64,000 bases of DNA from an uncultured Gammaproteobacteria bacterium (GCA_964398665.1 CAYNNN010000003.1:55-64054); one strand, 5' to 3'; positions 48,724 to 59,714 are shown, counted from the stretch's first letter. Made by a program: numbers and translations. Notes: generated from the letters alone by a model not told the origin.

Positions 48724-51390
48724 ATGACCACCTGTCTGCTGCTGGTTGACGGTTCTTCCTATCTCTATCGGGCCTATCATGCCCTTCCGCCCCTGCAAAC
48801 CCGGCGCGGGCAGCCCACGGGCGCCATCTACGGCATGGTGCATATGCTGCGCCAGTTGTTGGCGCAACATCGGCCCAGCCACTGTGCCGTGGTCTTCGAT
48901 GCCCCCGGCGGCAGTTTCCGCCAGACCCTTTATCCCGGTTACAAAGCCCAGCGCCCCGCCATGCCGGAGGCCCTGGCAGCCCAGCTGGAACCGTTGTTTC
49001 AAGTCATCGCCGCCTTGGGCTTGGCGCAATTGCGTGAAGCCGGGGTCGAGGCTGATGATGTGCTGGCCAGTCTGGCCCAACAGGCTCAGGCACGTGCCTG
49101 GCCAGTCATTATTGCCAGTAATGACAAGGACCTGGCCCAGCTGGTCAACGAACAGGTGCAGATTTATCATCCATTTGAGCAAAAGCTGCTGGATGCGGCG
49201 GGGGTCTTGCGCAAATATGGCGTCCGCCCGGAACAAATGGGTGATTATCTGGCGCTGGTCGGGGATAGTAGCGACAACATCCCCGGCGTGCCCCAAGTGG
49301 GTCCCAAAACAGCGGCCCGCTGGCTGGCCCACTATGGCAGTCTGGACAATTTGTTGGCCCACGAAGCCGAACTGGGTGGTCAGGTCGGTGCCAATCTGCG
49401 CTCCCATCATCCCACTGTGCATCTGGCCCGCCAACTGGTCCGTCTGCGCACCGACCTGAATCTGCCCGACCTGGAACACTTGCGCCCGCAGGCCCCTGAC
49501 CTGGAAAAACTTCAACATTATTATACCGAGCTGGAATTTACCACCTGGCTGGAATCCCCGCCCCCGCCCCCGCCCAGTACCGAGGGAAGGTATGAGACCG
49601 TCACTGACCCCGCCACCTGGCAAGTGTGGCTGGCACGATTTCAGGCCGCACCGCTGCTGGCGTTGGACACGGAAACCACCAGTCTGGATACCCACGCTGC
49701 GGAGCTGGTCGGGCTGGCTTTTGCCCTGGAACCGGGCAGTGGCTGTTACGTGCCGCTGGCGCACACCCAAGCAGGCATTCCGGTTGTCGGGCAGTTGAGT
49801 CGTGACCAGGTGCTGGCCGACCTCAAGCCACTGCTGGAGAACCCGACCTGCGCCAAATTGGGCCAGAATCTTAAATATGATGCTGAAATTTTAGCCAATT
49901 ATCAAATTGAGCTGCGCGGCATCCAGCACGATACGCTGCTGGCGGCCTATGTGCTGGACAGCAGCCTGCGTCATTACGACCTGGATACCCTGGCCAAGCG
50001 GGAACTGCACTACCAGACTATCTCTTATGCAGAAATTACTGAAAAAGGTAAACGCGGCTTTGCGGAAGTCGGTCTGGCCGAGGCTACCCGCTACGCGGCT
50101 GAAGATGCTGATCTCAGTTATCGGCTGCATACGGCATTTTGGCCGCGCCTGCGTGCCGAACCCACGCTGAAACAGCTCTATGAAACCCTGGAAATTCCCC
50201 TGATTCCGGTGCTGGCCCGCATGGAACGCCACGGGATTTTGCTGGACAGCGCCAAACTCCAGCAACACAGCGCCGAACTGGCCGTTCAGCTTAAAACCCT
50301 CGAGCATCAGCTCTACAGTGTGACTGGCCAGCCATTCAACCCGGCTTCGCCCAAACAGCTTCAGGCCGTACTCTATGAACACCTGCGCCTGCCGGTGCTG
50401 GAGAAAACGCCCAAGGGCCAGGCTTCTACTGCCGAAAGTGCCTTGCAGGGCCTCATGGATCTGCACCCGGTCGTGCCACTGCTGCTGGAGCATCGCAGCC
50501 TGAGCAAGCTCAAATCCACTTATACCGACCGCCTGCCTCAGCAGGTCAGCCCGCAGACCGGGCGTGTCCACACCTCATTTCATCAAACGGGTACCAGCAC
50601 GGGCCGTCTGAGTTCCAGCGATCCCAATTTGCAGAATATCCCGGTGCGTAGCCCCGAAGGGCGCCGGATTCGGGAAGCGTTCATCGCCCCACCGGGCAGC
50701 GTCCTGCTGGCAGCTGATTACTCCCAGATTGAGCTGCGCATTCTGGCGCATTGGTGTGCCGACCCGGCCCTGCTGGCGGCTTTCCAGAATGATCAGGATG
50801 TGCATCGGGCGACGGCGGCAGAAATTTTCAGTACCCCGCCCGGCGCCGTTAGCGCTGATCAGCGTCGGGCCGCCAAGGCAATCAATTTTGGCCTGATCTA
50901 CGGCATGTCTGCCTTTGGTCTGGCCCGACAACTGGGCATCAGCCGCGAGGCGGCTCAGGCTTACCTGCAACGCTATTTCGAGCGTTATCCGAGTGTTAAA
51001 AATTTTATGGATCAACTGCGCCTGCAAGCCAGACAACAGGGTTATGTCGAAACCCTGCTGGGTCGGCGGCTGTACCTGCCCGACTTGCAGGCGCGCAATG
51101 CTGCCCTGCGCCAGGCGGCTGAACGGGCTGCCATCAACGCCCCCATGCAGGGTAGCGCGGCGGATTTCATCAAGCGGGCCATGCTGGCGCTGGATGCCTG
51201 GCTTCAGCACAGTGGCAGTCAGGCCCGGATGCTGTTGCAAGTTCATGATGAACTGGTGCTGGAAGTGCCGGAATCCGAGTTGGCTACGGTCAGCGCGCAG
51301 GTGCGCCATTTGATGGAGCAGGTCTATCCCCTGCGGGTGCCACTGCGGGTTGAAATCGGCCTAGGGCCAAACTGGGACGCAGCCCATTGA
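48724..51390 (+). CDS. polA: DNA polymerase I
   Basis: 888 aa; 5'-3' exonuclease N-terminus, 3'-5' exonuclease, polymerase motifs (RRAAKAINFGLIYG, QVHDELVLE). Confidence 0.95.
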   Translation: MTTCLLLVDGSSYLYRAYHALPPLQTRRGQPTGAIYGMVHMLRQLLAQHRPSHCAVVFDAPGGSFRQTLYPGYKAQRPAMPEALAAQLEPLFQVIAALGLAQLREAGVEADDVLASLAQQAQARAWPVIIASNDKDLAQLVNEQVQIYHPFEQKLLDAAGVLRKYGVRPEQMGDYLALVGDSSDNIPGVPQVGPKTAARWLAHYGSLDNLLAHEAELGGQVGANLRSHHPTVHLARQLVRLRTDLNLPDLEHLRPQAPDLEKLQHYYTELEFTTWLESPPPPPPSTEGRYETVTDPATWQVWLARFQAAPLLALDTETTSLDTHAAELVGLAFALEPGSGCYVPLAHTQAGIPVVGQLSRDQVLADLKPLLENPTCAKLGQNLKYDAEILANYQIELRGIQHDTLLAAYVLDSSLRHYDLDTLAKRELHYQTISYAEITEKGKRGFAEVGLAEATRYAAEDADLSYRLHTAFWPRLRAEPTLKQLYETLEIPLIPVLARMERHGILLDSAKLQQHSAELAVQLKTLEHQLYSVTGQPFNPASPKQLQAVLYEHLRLPVLEKTPKGQASTAESALQGLMDLHPVVPLLLEHRSLSKLKSTYTDRLPQQVSPQTGRVHTSFHQTGTSTGRLSSSDPNLQNIPVRSPEGRRIREAFIAPPGSVLLAADYSQIELRILAHWCADPALLAAFQNDQDVHRATAAEIFSTPPGAVSADQRRAAKAINFGLIYGMSAFGLARQLGISREAAQAYLQRYFERYPSVKNFMDQLRLQARQQGYVETLLGRRLYLPDLQARNAALRQAAERAAINAPMQGSAADFIKRAMLALDAWLQHSGSQARMLLQVHDELVLEVPESELATVSAQVRHLMEQVYPLRVPLRVEIGLGPNWDAAH

Positions 51391-51471
51391 AGCGGCTTCC
51401 TTGCCAAACAAACTTGATAAGCGTTCTTGTTTGTGGCAGACTGCGAGGGTCATTTCTGGTCTGCCGAGGTT

Positions 51472-52482
51472 ATCATGAAGTTATTCCGGGTGCTGGGTCT
51501 GGGTGTGCTCAGTTTAAGTTTGAGCTGGGCAAATGCTGCTGAAGTTACAGTATATTCTGCCCGCAACGAGCAACTGATCAAGCCGTTGTTTGATGCTTAC
51601 ACCAAAGCCACCGGCACGACGGTGCAATTCATCACCGACAAGGAAGGCCCGCTGCTGACCCGACTCCAGTCGGAAGGTGCCAACACCCCGGCAGACCTGC
51701 TGATCACCGTGGATGCCGGCAATCTCTGGCAGGCTGCTGAAGCCGGTTTGCTGCAACCGGTCCAGTCGGCCACGCTGGAAGCCAATATCCCGGCCCATCT
51801 GCGTGACCCGGACAACCGCTGGTTCGGTCTTTCCGTGCGGGCCCGCACGGTGGTTTATAACCGCAACACGGTCAAGCCGGCTGAACTCGGCACCTATGAG
51901 GACCTGGCCGACCCGAAATGGAAAGGCCGCCTGTGTTTGCGCACTTCCAAGAAGGTCTACAACCAGTCGCTGGTAGCCATGCTGATCCATGCCCACGGCG
52001 AAGCCGAGGCCGAACGCATCGTCAAGGGTTGGGTGGCCAATCTGGCCGTTGATCCGTTTGCCGATGATACCAAAGCCCTGGAAGCCGTCGCCGCCGGTAT
52101 TTGCGATGTTACGCTGGTGAATACCTATTATTATGGACGGCTACTGAGCAAAAGCCCGAACCTGCCCCTGGCAATTTTCTGGCCGAACCAGCAAGTGACC
52201 GGTCATGCGGCCGGGGTGCATGTGAATGTCTCGGGTGCCGGTGTCACGCGGCATGCCAAACACGCTGCCGAAGCGGTCAAGTTGCTGGAATGGCTGTCAT
52301 CCAGGCAGGCACAAAACCTGTACGCCGATGAAAATCTGGAATACCCCGCCAACCCGCAGGTGCCACCCGCCGCTGTGGTCAAGGCGTGGGGTGAATTCAA
52401 GCAAAACCCCCTGAACGTCTCGGCGGCAGGCAAACGCCAGGCTGAAGCCGTCATGCTGATGGACCGTGCAGGCTACAAATAG
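51472..52482 (+). CDS. fbpA: ferric iron ABC transporter substrate-binding protein (FbpA/AfuA family)
   Basis: Signal peptide [21 protein letters not shown]; FbpA-like SBP. Confidence 0.85.
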   Translation: MMKLFRVLGLGVLSLSLSWANAAEVTVYSARNEQLIKPLFDAYTKATGTTVQFITDKEGPLLTRLQSEGANTPADLLITVDAGNLWQAAEAGLLQPVQSATLEANIPAHLRDPDNRWFGLSVRARTVVYNRNTVKPAELGTYEDLADPKWKGRLCLRTSKKVYNQSLVAMLIHAHGEAEAERIVKGWVANLAVDPFADDTKALEAVAAGICDVTLVNTYYYGRLLSKSPNLPLAIFWPNQQVTGHAAGVHVNVSGAGVTRHAKHAAEAVKLLEWLSSRQAQNLYADENLEYPANPQVPPAAVVKAWGEFKQNPLNVSAAGKRQAEAVMLMDRAGYK

Positions 52483-52517
52483 GCGGGCATTCGCTACAAT
52501 CGTGGACTTTTGCTGCA

Positions 52518-54164
52518 TTGCAACCGTCCACCATGCCACCTGCCCTCATCGTCCGGCTCGCTGCCTGGGCCAGTACCCTGCCAGGGCTGGTTACGCTGGC
52601 AGCCGCCGCCCTCAGCCTGACCCCGCTGGTGGTGGTATTCGCCGCGCTGTGGCATCCTGACCCGCAGCTGTGGACGCACTTGTGGCGTCATGTCCTGCCG
52701 GGGCTGGTCGGAAATACCGTATTGCTGGGGGTGGGGGTAGGGGTGGGCGTGACCGTGCTGGGCGTCTCCCTGGGCTGGCTGACCGCAGTCTGTGAGTTTC
52801 CGGGCCGGCGTTTTTTCAGTTGGGCCTTGCTGTTGCCCCTGGCGTTACCGGCGTACGTCACCGCCTTTGTCTGGGTCGGCTGGCTGGATGTGACTGGCAG
52901 CGTCACGCTCTGGCTCCGTGATACCTGGGGACTGCCAGGCCTGCCTTTTCGCAATGGCGGCGGGGTGATCTGGGTCATGAGCCTGGCCTTATATCCTTAC
53001 GTTTACCTGACCGCCCGCACCGCGTTTCAGGAGCAGGGCCGCAGCCTGCTGGAAGCCGCGCAAAGCTTAGGTCTGCGCCGCCGGCAGGCGTTCTGGCATG
53101 TAGCCCTGCCCATCGCAAGACCTGCCCTGATCGCAGGGCTTACGCTGGCCCTGATGGAAACGCTCGCCGATTTTGGTACGGTGGCAGTTTTCAACTACGA
53201 CACCTTTACCAGTGCCATCTACAAGACCTGGTTTGCCCTGTTTTCCCTGACGGCTGCGTCCCAGCTGGCCGCCCTGCTGGTGCTGTTTGTCTTGAGTCTG
53301 CTCTGGCTGGAGCGGGTGTCTCGCCGCAATCTACGCGCTCACGCGGCCCGCAATGCTGCCCCGCTGCGCCTACGGCTGCGCCCGTGGCATGCCCGCCTGG
53401 CCAGCCTGTATGCCGGGCTGATCTTTACCCTGGCTTTTGCGCTGCCGATGGCGCAGTTGCTGTTCTGGGCCATTCTGACCGCCGCACGCGACCTGGACAG
53501 CCGCTATATTGGATTCATCTGGCACAGCCTGCTGCTGGCCGGTAGCGGCGCGCTGTTGGTCACGGGCGTGGCCATTGCCCTGGGCTATGCCCAGCATCGC
53601 CAGCCGCGCCCCTGGTTGCGCCTGAGCGTGCGCCTGGCCACTCTGGGTTATGCCCTGCCCGGCGCCGTGCTGGCCGTGGGGTTTTTCATCCCCCTGACCA
53701 TGCTGGACAATCAACTGCTCACCCTGCGCCAGTTCCTGGGTGATTCCAGTACCCAATACTGGTTGCAGGGCACCCTGGCCGTCATGCTGCTGGCTTATCT
53801 GATCCGATTTCTGGCCGTGGCCTTTGGCCCGATCGAAAGCGGCTTTGGCCGCATCACCCCGCACCTGGACGAAGCCGCCCAATCACTGGGCGTGACGGGA
53901 CTGGCCCAACTGCGCTGGGTCCATCTGCCCCTGCTGCGCGGTTCCCTGCTGGTTGCCCTGGCACTCAGCTTTGTGGATATCATGAAGGAACTGCCCATCA
54001 CGCTCATGACCCGGCCCTTTGGCTGGGACACCTTGGCGGTGCGCGTTTTTGAAATGACTTCCGAAGGTGAGTGGGAGCGGGCGGCCCTGCCGGCCGTGCT
54101 CATCGCCCTGGTGGGTTTATTGCCCGTCTTTCTCCTGGCCCGACCTGATCATGCTCAACGTTAA
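52518..54164 (+). CDS. fbpB: iron(III) ABC transporter permease (duplicated-domain FbpB/AfuB)
   Basis: 548 aa, two permease domains each with an EAA loop. Confidence 0.85.
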   Translation: MQPSTMPPALIVRLAAWASTLPGLVTLAAAALSLTPLVVVFAALWHPDPQLWTHLWRHVLPGLVGNTVLLGVGVGVGVTVLGVSLGWLTAVCEFPGRRFFSWALLLPLALPAYVTAFVWVGWLDVTGSVTLWLRDTWGLPGLPFRNGGGVIWVMSLALYPYVYLTARTAFQEQGRSLLEAAQSLGLRRRQAFWHVALPIARPALIAGLTLALMETLADFGTVAVFNYDTFTSAIYKTWFALFSLTAASQLAALLVLFVLSLLWLERVSRRNLRAHAARNAAPLRLRLRPWHARLASLYAGLIFTLAFALPMAQLLFWAILTAARDLDSRYIGFIWHSLLLAGSGALLVTGVAIALGYAQHRQPRPWLRLSVRLATLGYALPGAVLAVGFFIPLTMLDNQLLTLRQFLGDSSTQYWLQGTLAVMLLAYLIRFLAVAFGPIESGFGRITPHLDEAAQSLGVTGLAQLRWVHLPLLRGSLLVALALSFVDIMKELPITLMTRPFGWDTLAVRVFEMTSEGEWERAALPAVLIALVGLLPVFLLARPDHAQR

Positions 54165-55242
54165 CCATCTGCACGCCTGTTACGGTTCCAAGATCGTCCT
54201 GAATGATCTGAGTCTGCAACTCTTCCCCAGCCAGATCGGCTGTCTGGTCGGTCCGTCTGGCTGTGGGAAAACCACCGCCCTGCGCCTGATCGCCGGATTT
54301 GAAACCCCAGAGCAGGGCGAAATCTGGCTGGGTAGCGAACTGGTCAGCCAGGCGCGGCGTGCAACCCCGCCCCATTTGCGCAAAGTCGGTGTGGTGTTCC
54401 AGGATTACGCGCTGTTTCCGCATCTGGACGTGCAAGGCAATATCGGGTTTGGTCTGCCCAAGACCCCGGCTGCCGATCGCAAGCTGCGCATTCAGGAAAT
54501 GCTGGAGCTGGTGGGGCTGACGCAGGAGGCCCGCCGTTACCCGCATCAGCTTTCCGGAGGCCAGCAGCAACGGGTGGCGTTGGCGCGTGCCTTGGCTCCC
54601 CGCCCGCGCCTGCTGCTGCTGGATGAGCCATTTTCCAATCTGGATGTCGAGTTACGGGAGAAACTCTCGCTGGAGTTGCGCGAGATCCTCAAGCATGAGG
54701 CCATCACGGCCCTGCTGGTGACCCATGATCAGCACGAAGCCTTTGCCATTGCGGACATGGTGGGGGTATTACATCAGGGCAGTATCCAGCAATGGGATAC
54801 GCCCTATAACCTGTACCATCAGCCTAAAACCCGTTTCGTCGCCGATTTCATCGGCTTGGGCAGTCTGCTGCCCGGTCGGGTGCTCAACGCCCAACAGGTG
54901 GAAATTGCCTTGGGGGTGTTGCAAGGTCAAGTGCCTGCGTTATGTGCCGAACAAGGGGGCTGTGCGCACTGCAACCGGGGCTGCCAGGTGGACGTGCTGA
55001 TCCGGCCCGATGATCTCCTGCACGATGATAGCAGTCCGCTGCTGGCTGAAGTTGAACGTAAAGCCTTTCGCGGTGCGGAATTCTTGTATACCCTGAAGTT
55101 GCCCCAGGGCCAGCGGGTGCTGGTTTTAGTACCGTCGCATCATAATCATGCCATCGGGGAACAGATCGGGCTGCGCCTGACTGTGGATCATGTGGTGGCG
55201 TTTCGTCCGGAATCCGACCGGCATTCGTCCAGCGCCTCGTGA
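54151..55242 (+). CDS. fbpC: iron(III) ABC transporter ATP-binding protein
   Basis: GPSGCGKTT, LSGGQQQRVALARAL, LLLDEPFSNLD; start MLNVNHLHACYG overlapping permease end. Confidence 0.85.
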   Translation: MLNVNHLHACYGSKIVLNDLSLQLFPSQIGCLVGPSGCGKTTALRLIAGFETPEQGEIWLGSELVSQARRATPPHLRKVGVVFQDYALFPHLDVQGNIGFGLPKTPAADRKLRIQEMLELVGLTQEARRYPHQLSGGQQQRVALARALAPRPRLLLLDEPFSNLDVELREKLSLELREILKHEAITALLVTHDQHEAFAIADMVGVLHQGSIQQWDTPYNLYHQPKTRFVADFIGLGSLLPGRVLNAQQVEIALGVLQGQVPALCAEQGGCAHCNRGCQVDVLIRPDDLLHDDSSPLLAEVERKAFRGAEFLYTLKLPQGQRVLVLVPSHHNHAIGEQIGLRLTVDHVVAFRPESDRHSSSAS

Positions 55243-56321
55243 TAATCCGCGATCAATTCAGCAATGCGCTGTTCAATATGTGCTTGGGCCAGCTCGTGGG
55301 TCGCCAGTTGCCGGCGCAGCCGACGCAGCTCGGCAGCATGATTGCGCGGTAAATAGGGCGCCAGCAGTCGCCACAGCGCCATGCCCAGGATCACCCCGCG
55401 CCGGCTCAGCACCCGTAGCCGGTAGGCCCGTGCCAGCTGCCCGACCCGCAGCAATTGGGCCAGACGCAGCACCCGTAAAAACGATACCAGCGGCAGCAGG
55501 ATGATCACGATGTCCATCCAGCGCCGGATGGCATAGTCCAGCTTGTCGCGGCTCAACAGGAACAGCAGGGTGAATTCCGTGGCAAAGGCCAGCCAGATCA
55601 CCGGATATTCGATCAGCTCGAACAGCCAGACCCAGGCGGGATGAGTCTGTGCCGTCACCAGCCACAAATCCCCCAGCAAGACCGGCAAGATCAACAGCGC
55701 CACCAGGGTGAGCGGCCAGTCAATACGCTTCTGGAGCGCCTCGATCAGCGCGGTATTGGCTACGCACCAGCCCCAGAATGGCAGCCAGCGCTGGCGCGGC
55801 TGCGAGAGCCGGGGCGCCGCCAGTCGGGTGAATGGCAATAAGGCATGGAGCCAGCGTTGCCGCACCACCACACCCGGCGGCGGGCGCAGGAACAGATATT
55901 CAGCGATAAACACCAGCCACAGGCTGCCCAGGCCACCCAGGGTGATCTGCCATAACCACAGCGGTGCCCAGCCTTCGGGCAGACTCGCCCAGGCCAGCAT
56001 CAGGCTGAACAGGCCGAAATAGCCCAGACTGAGGTAGAACATCAGCGGGTAACTCCAGTCCTCCCAACGGGTCAGCGGCGTTTGTTCCGTGACCTGAAGA
56101 TGAGTCTGCAACTGATGATCATCCGGTTCATGGTGCGGGTCCAGGACCTCCAGATGATCGCTGATCAGGCGGCAGGTATCCTGATGGCGTTCCACCACGT
56201 CGAGCAGGGTATGCAGCTTGGCCAGCACCGCCGCATCTTGTACGGACTCCAGGCGCAGCAGCAGCAAGGTTTTATCCCGGACGGGCGGCGCGGGTGGTTC
56301 CAGCGGATCGGGTGTGGTCAT
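55188..56321 (-). CDS. voltage-sensor-containing ion transport protein (Ion_trans family channel)
   Basis: S4-like LRVLRLAQLLRVGQLARAYRLRVL with multiple TM segments; start at MTTPDPLE; 55-nt convergent overlap with fbpC. Confidence 0.65.
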   Translation of the reverse strand: MTTPDPLEPPAPPVRDKTLLLLRLESVQDAAVLAKLHTLLDVVERHQDTCRLISDHLEVLDPHHEPDDHQLQTHLQVTEQTPLTRWEDWSYPLMFYLSLGYFGLFSLMLAWASLPEGWAPLWLWQITLGGLGSLWLVFIAEYLFLRPPPGVVVRQRWLHALLPFTRLAAPRLSQPRQRWLPFWGWCVANTALIEALQKRIDWPLTLVALLILPVLLGDLWLVTAQTHPAWVWLFELIEYPVIWLAFATEFTLLFLLSRDKLDYAIRRWMDIVIILLPLVSFLRVLRLAQLLRVGQLARAYRLRVLSRRGVILGMALWRLLAPYLPRNHAAELRRLRRQLATHELAQAHIEQRIAELIADYHEALDECRSDSGRNATT

Positions 56322-56534
56322 GTGGTAGGCCGTGGCAAACAATCCTGAACGTTGGGCGAGCGGCTCATCGCGCCACTTTGGGTGTAGGGCCACCCGTCAT
56401 GGAGATGCCCGTGCGCTTATGGAGTGCCGGAGTGTGATCAGGTGGCGGCAAGTGTAGCGCAATTTTTTCAGGGGCGACAGTTGCCCGGTACGGGGCATGA
56501 TGACACCTGGACAATCACCGTCTACACTATCGGC

Positions 56535-56858
56535 ATGTGGCGCATGGTCCTGGGTTTGTTGTTGGGTGGCTGGCTGATGCTGCACGGTGGTCTGGCCGTG
56601 GCGATGGCCTATTGCCCGCACGCCAGCCCCACGCCAGACTGCCATGAACCGGCGGATGATGGCAGCCCCGGCTGTGCCGGCTGTGCCGGCTGTGCCTATT
56701 GCCTGAGCGCCCAGGCGCCGGTGCTGCCCGCGACTGACTGCACTGTGGTCCTGGCGCCCGCCATCCCACATGACCTTCCTGCCGATTCCCCCGATCGGAC
56801 AACCTGGCCCACCGACCCGCCTTATCATCCGCCCCGGACCCGGACCTGCTGGCTGTAG
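56535..56858 (+). CDS. small Cys/His-rich membrane-anchored protein, putative periplasmic copper-binding protein
   Basis: MWRMVLGLLLGGWLMLHGG TM/signal, then CPHASPTPDCHEPADDGSPGCAGCAGCAYC; precedes OMF and multicopper oxidase. Confidence 0.5.
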   Translation: MWRMVLGLLLGGWLMLHGGLAVAMAYCPHASPTPDCHEPADDGSPGCAGCAGCAYCLSAQAPVLPATDCTVVLAPAIPHDLPADSPDRTTWPTDPPYHPPRTRTCWL

Positions 56859-56882
56859 CATTTTTTCAACCAGAAAGGTCAC

Positions 56883-58316
56883 ATGATGAATCATTGCCAA
56901 TCGTCCTGGCGGGGGCGGGGCTGGCTGAGCGTGGGCGTACTAGCCCTGGTCGGCTGTGCCCAACTCGACGCCCCGCGTGAAATCAGCCACCTGAGCGATC
57001 AGGTGCAAGCCCGTACCGGTGCCAATCTGCACTGGCGTCTGAATCCGGCAGATGCCGAAGCCATCCATCAGGCCGTACAGGCGCAACTGACGCAAGCGCT
57101 GACCCCAAAGGCCGCAGTGCAGGTTGCCCTGTTGGCCAGCCCGCAAGCCCAGCGCCTGCTGGATGAGCTGGATTGGGCGGGCGCCGAGCGGGTGCAGGCC
57201 AGCCGTCTGCCCAATCCATTGCTGGAAGTCACCCGCCTGACCCCTCGACACGAGGGCCGTACCGGTGTGGAAACCGCGCTGCACCTTGAGTTGCTGGGTG
57301 CCTTGAGCTGGCCCCTGCGCCAGCGTCTGGCTCAGGCGACCTACGCCGCCGAGCAGGAGCGCATTACTGCCGGGTTGTTGGCGCTGGCGGTACAGGTGCG
57401 CAAAACTTACTGGCAAGCCCTGGCAGCCACCTTGGCCCAGCGCCACTGGACGCAGCTATACCATCTGGCGGAACTCAATGGGGCGTTTGCCGAGCAACTC
57501 GCGCAGGCGGGGAATTTGCCGGATCTGCAACGCCAGCGCCAGCGCTATGCCAATGCGCAAATGCAGTTGCAGGTAGCTCAGGCCGAGGTGGAAGCCCGAC
57601 GCTGGCGGCTGATCCTCAATCAGCAGATGGGCTTATGGGGCAGTGCAGCGGGGGGTTGGACGTTCCCGGCCCAACTGCCGCCCCTGCCATCCACACCCCC
57701 TTCGACCGAGGCGCTGGAGGCAGCTGCTCTGGCGGCCAATCTACAGCGCCGCAGCCTGGAGGCCCGGCTGCGTGCCCAGGCCGAGCAGGTCGGTCTCCGT
57801 GATCTCCACGCCTGGCTGCCGGAACTGGCGCTGGGTTATGAATGGAACCGGGAAGTCGGTGATGGCGAGCGCAACCGGGGGGTGGGCCTGGGTCTGGCCC
57901 TGCCGCTGGCGGGCAGTGTCGAACAGGCCCAGGCGCAAGCGCAACTGCGCATCCTGGAGCGGGATTATGTCCAGACTACCTTGCAGGTGCGTACTGCGGC
58001 CCAGCAGATACAGCTGCAACTGGCGGCCCAGTGGCAGGCGGCCAGGCAGGCTGAACAACTGCTTGGCCCGCTAGCTCAGGGCATTGCCCAGGAGAGTCTG
58101 CTGCACTTCCATGCCATGCAGATTGGCCTGCCCGAGTTGCTGCAAGACAGGCAGCGCATGGTCGAAGCGGCACTGCAAGCCATCACGACACTACGGGATT
58201 ACTGGCTGCTGGACACCGATTTCAACAGCTTGCAGGCAGGCATCCTGCCCCCGGATGTTGCCCCGGAGCGCACCCAATCCCCCCAACAAGCCGATACCCC
58301 GGCTGGAGGTCATTAA
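56883..58316 (+). CDS. TolC/CusC-family outer membrane efflux protein
   Basis: 477 aa; lipoprotein-type signal (LALVGCAQL); OEP repeats. Confidence 0.8.
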   Translation: MMNHCQSSWRGRGWLSVGVLALVGCAQLDAPREISHLSDQVQARTGANLHWRLNPADAEAIHQAVQAQLTQALTPKAAVQVALLASPQAQRLLDELDWAGAERVQASRLPNPLLEVTRLTPRHEGRTGVETALHLELLGALSWPLRQRLAQATYAAEQERITAGLLALAVQVRKTYWQALAATLAQRHWTQLYHLAELNGAFAEQLAQAGNLPDLQRQRQRYANAQMQLQVAQAEVEARRWRLILNQQMGLWGSAAGGWTFPAQLPPLPSTPPSTEALEAAALAANLQRRSLEARLRAQAEQVGLRDLHAWLPELALGYEWNREVGDGERNRGVGLGLALPLAGSVEQAQAQAQLRILERDYVQTTLQVRTAAQQIQLQLAAQWQAARQAEQLLGPLAQGIAQESLLHFHAMQIGLPELLQDRQRMVEAALQAITTLRDYWLLDTDFNSLQAGILPPDVAPERTQSPQQADTPAGGH

Positions 58317-58317
58317 C

Positions 58318-59697
58318 ATGAAGCGACGTGAATTACTCCAACAAGGTGGTCTGCTGGGCGCGGGTCTGACCGGACTGGCCAGCCTGTCCCCCGCCCAGGC
58401 TGAACCAGCCCCGCGTGGCCCCTGGGATGCCCACTACAGCGGAGGGCCAGAAACGACACCGCCGCTGGCGCCGGGCTTGCCAGGGCGGGATTATCAGCCG
58501 GTCATTGTGCCTGACGGCGCGGCGTTGCCGTTCAAAATCATCAATGGCGTTAAAGTGTTTCATCTGGTGGCCGAAGAAATTCACCACACGTTTGCCCCCG
58601 GTCTGCAAGCTCGGTGCTGGGGCTACAATGGCCATGTCAACAGCACGGTTATCGAAGCCGTCGAGGGGGAGCGGGTGCGGATTTATGTCACCAATCACCT
58701 GCCCGCCCCGACCACCGTGCATTGGCACGGGGTATTTCTACCCAATGGCATGGATGGGGTGGGTGGGCTGAATCAGCCGCTGATTCAAATCGGGGAGACC
58801 TTTGTCTATGAGTTTACCCTGCGTCAGCACGGCACCTTGATGTTTCATTCCCATCACGATGAAATGACCCAGATGGCCCTGGGGCTGATTGGCCTGTTCA
58901 TCATTCACCCCCGCCAGCCCGCCTATCCGGTGGACAAGGAATTTGCCCTGATGCTGTCGGAGTGGAAAATCGACCCCGGCGCCTCCCGACCCGACCCTTC
59001 GGAGATGAAGGACTTCAATATCCTGACCTTCAACGGTAAATGTTTTCCCGGCACCGCCCCGCTGATCTGCCAGCTGGGTGACCGGGTACGCATCCGGTTG
59101 GGGAATTTATCCGTCATGGATCATCATCCCATTCATCTGCATGGCTTTTATTTTCGGGTGACGGCCACGGATGGGGGGCCGATTCCGTTGGCGGCTCAAT
59201 GGCCGGAAACCTCAGTGCTGGTAGCCGCCGGGCAAACCCGCGACATCGAGTTCAAGGCCGATGCGCCCGGCGACTGGGCGATGCACTGCCACATGATCCA
59301 CCACTTGATGAACCAGATGGGCCACGGCCTGCCCAACATGGTCGGGGTGGATACGGCAAACCTGAGTCGCCAGCTGGCCCCACTGCTACCCGAGGCCATG
59401 TTGATGGGCAGTGATGGCATGTCGGGCATGGCGGAAATGCGTATGACCGGCCCGGCCAACAGCATTGCCACTACCCTGGGTCAGGGGCCCTTTGGGCCGA
59501 TCATGATGGGCGGCATGTTCACCCTCGTTAAAGTGCGGCCCAAAATCCAGGGCCAGCAAGACCCTGGCTGGTATCGTGCGCCCCCGGGCACCCTGACCCG
59601 GCTGGCCCGTCCGGCGGAACTGGCCCGCGACGGCATCCAGCCTGGGGTAGCCCCGCAGCGGCCCGCAGCAACGGGGCACCATCCCCATCATCGCTGA
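58318..59697 (+). CDS. multicopper oxidase (CopA/CueO-like) with Tat signal
   Basis: MKRRELLQQGGLLGAGL twin-arginine signal; HWHG, HSHH, HPIHLHG, HCHMIHH copper-binding motifs; Met-rich segment. Confidence 0.9.
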   Translation: MKRRELLQQGGLLGAGLTGLASLSPAQAEPAPRGPWDAHYSGGPETTPPLAPGLPGRDYQPVIVPDGAALPFKIINGVKVFHLVAEEIHHTFAPGLQARCWGYNGHVNSTVIEAVEGERVRIYVTNHLPAPTTVHWHGVFLPNGMDGVGGLNQPLIQIGETFVYEFTLRQHGTLMFHSHHDEMTQMALGLIGLFIIHPRQPAYPVDKEFALMLSEWKIDPGASRPDPSEMKDFNILTFNGKCFPGTAPLICQLGDRVRIRLGNLSVMDHHPIHLHGFYFRVTATDGGPIPLAAQWPETSVLVAAGQTRDIEFKADAPGDWAMHCHMIHHLMNQMGHGLPNMVGVDTANLSRQLAPLLPEAMLMGSDGMSGMAEMRMTGPANSIATTLGQGPFGPIMMGGMFTLVKVRPKIQGQQDPGWYRAPPGTLTRLARPAELARDGIQPGVAPQRPAATGHHPHHR

Positions 59698-59714
59698 ACC
59701 CGCCCGGTGCATCT

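Noticed and set aside
48631-49770. 379-aa minus-strand ORF
   Set aside because: Antisense to polA; Gly/Gln/Arg-rich spurious frame
55188-55242. 55-nt convergent overlap between fbpC and the ion-channel gene
   Set aside because: Probably genuine 3' overlap or slight C-terminal over-extension; not evidence of a distinct feature
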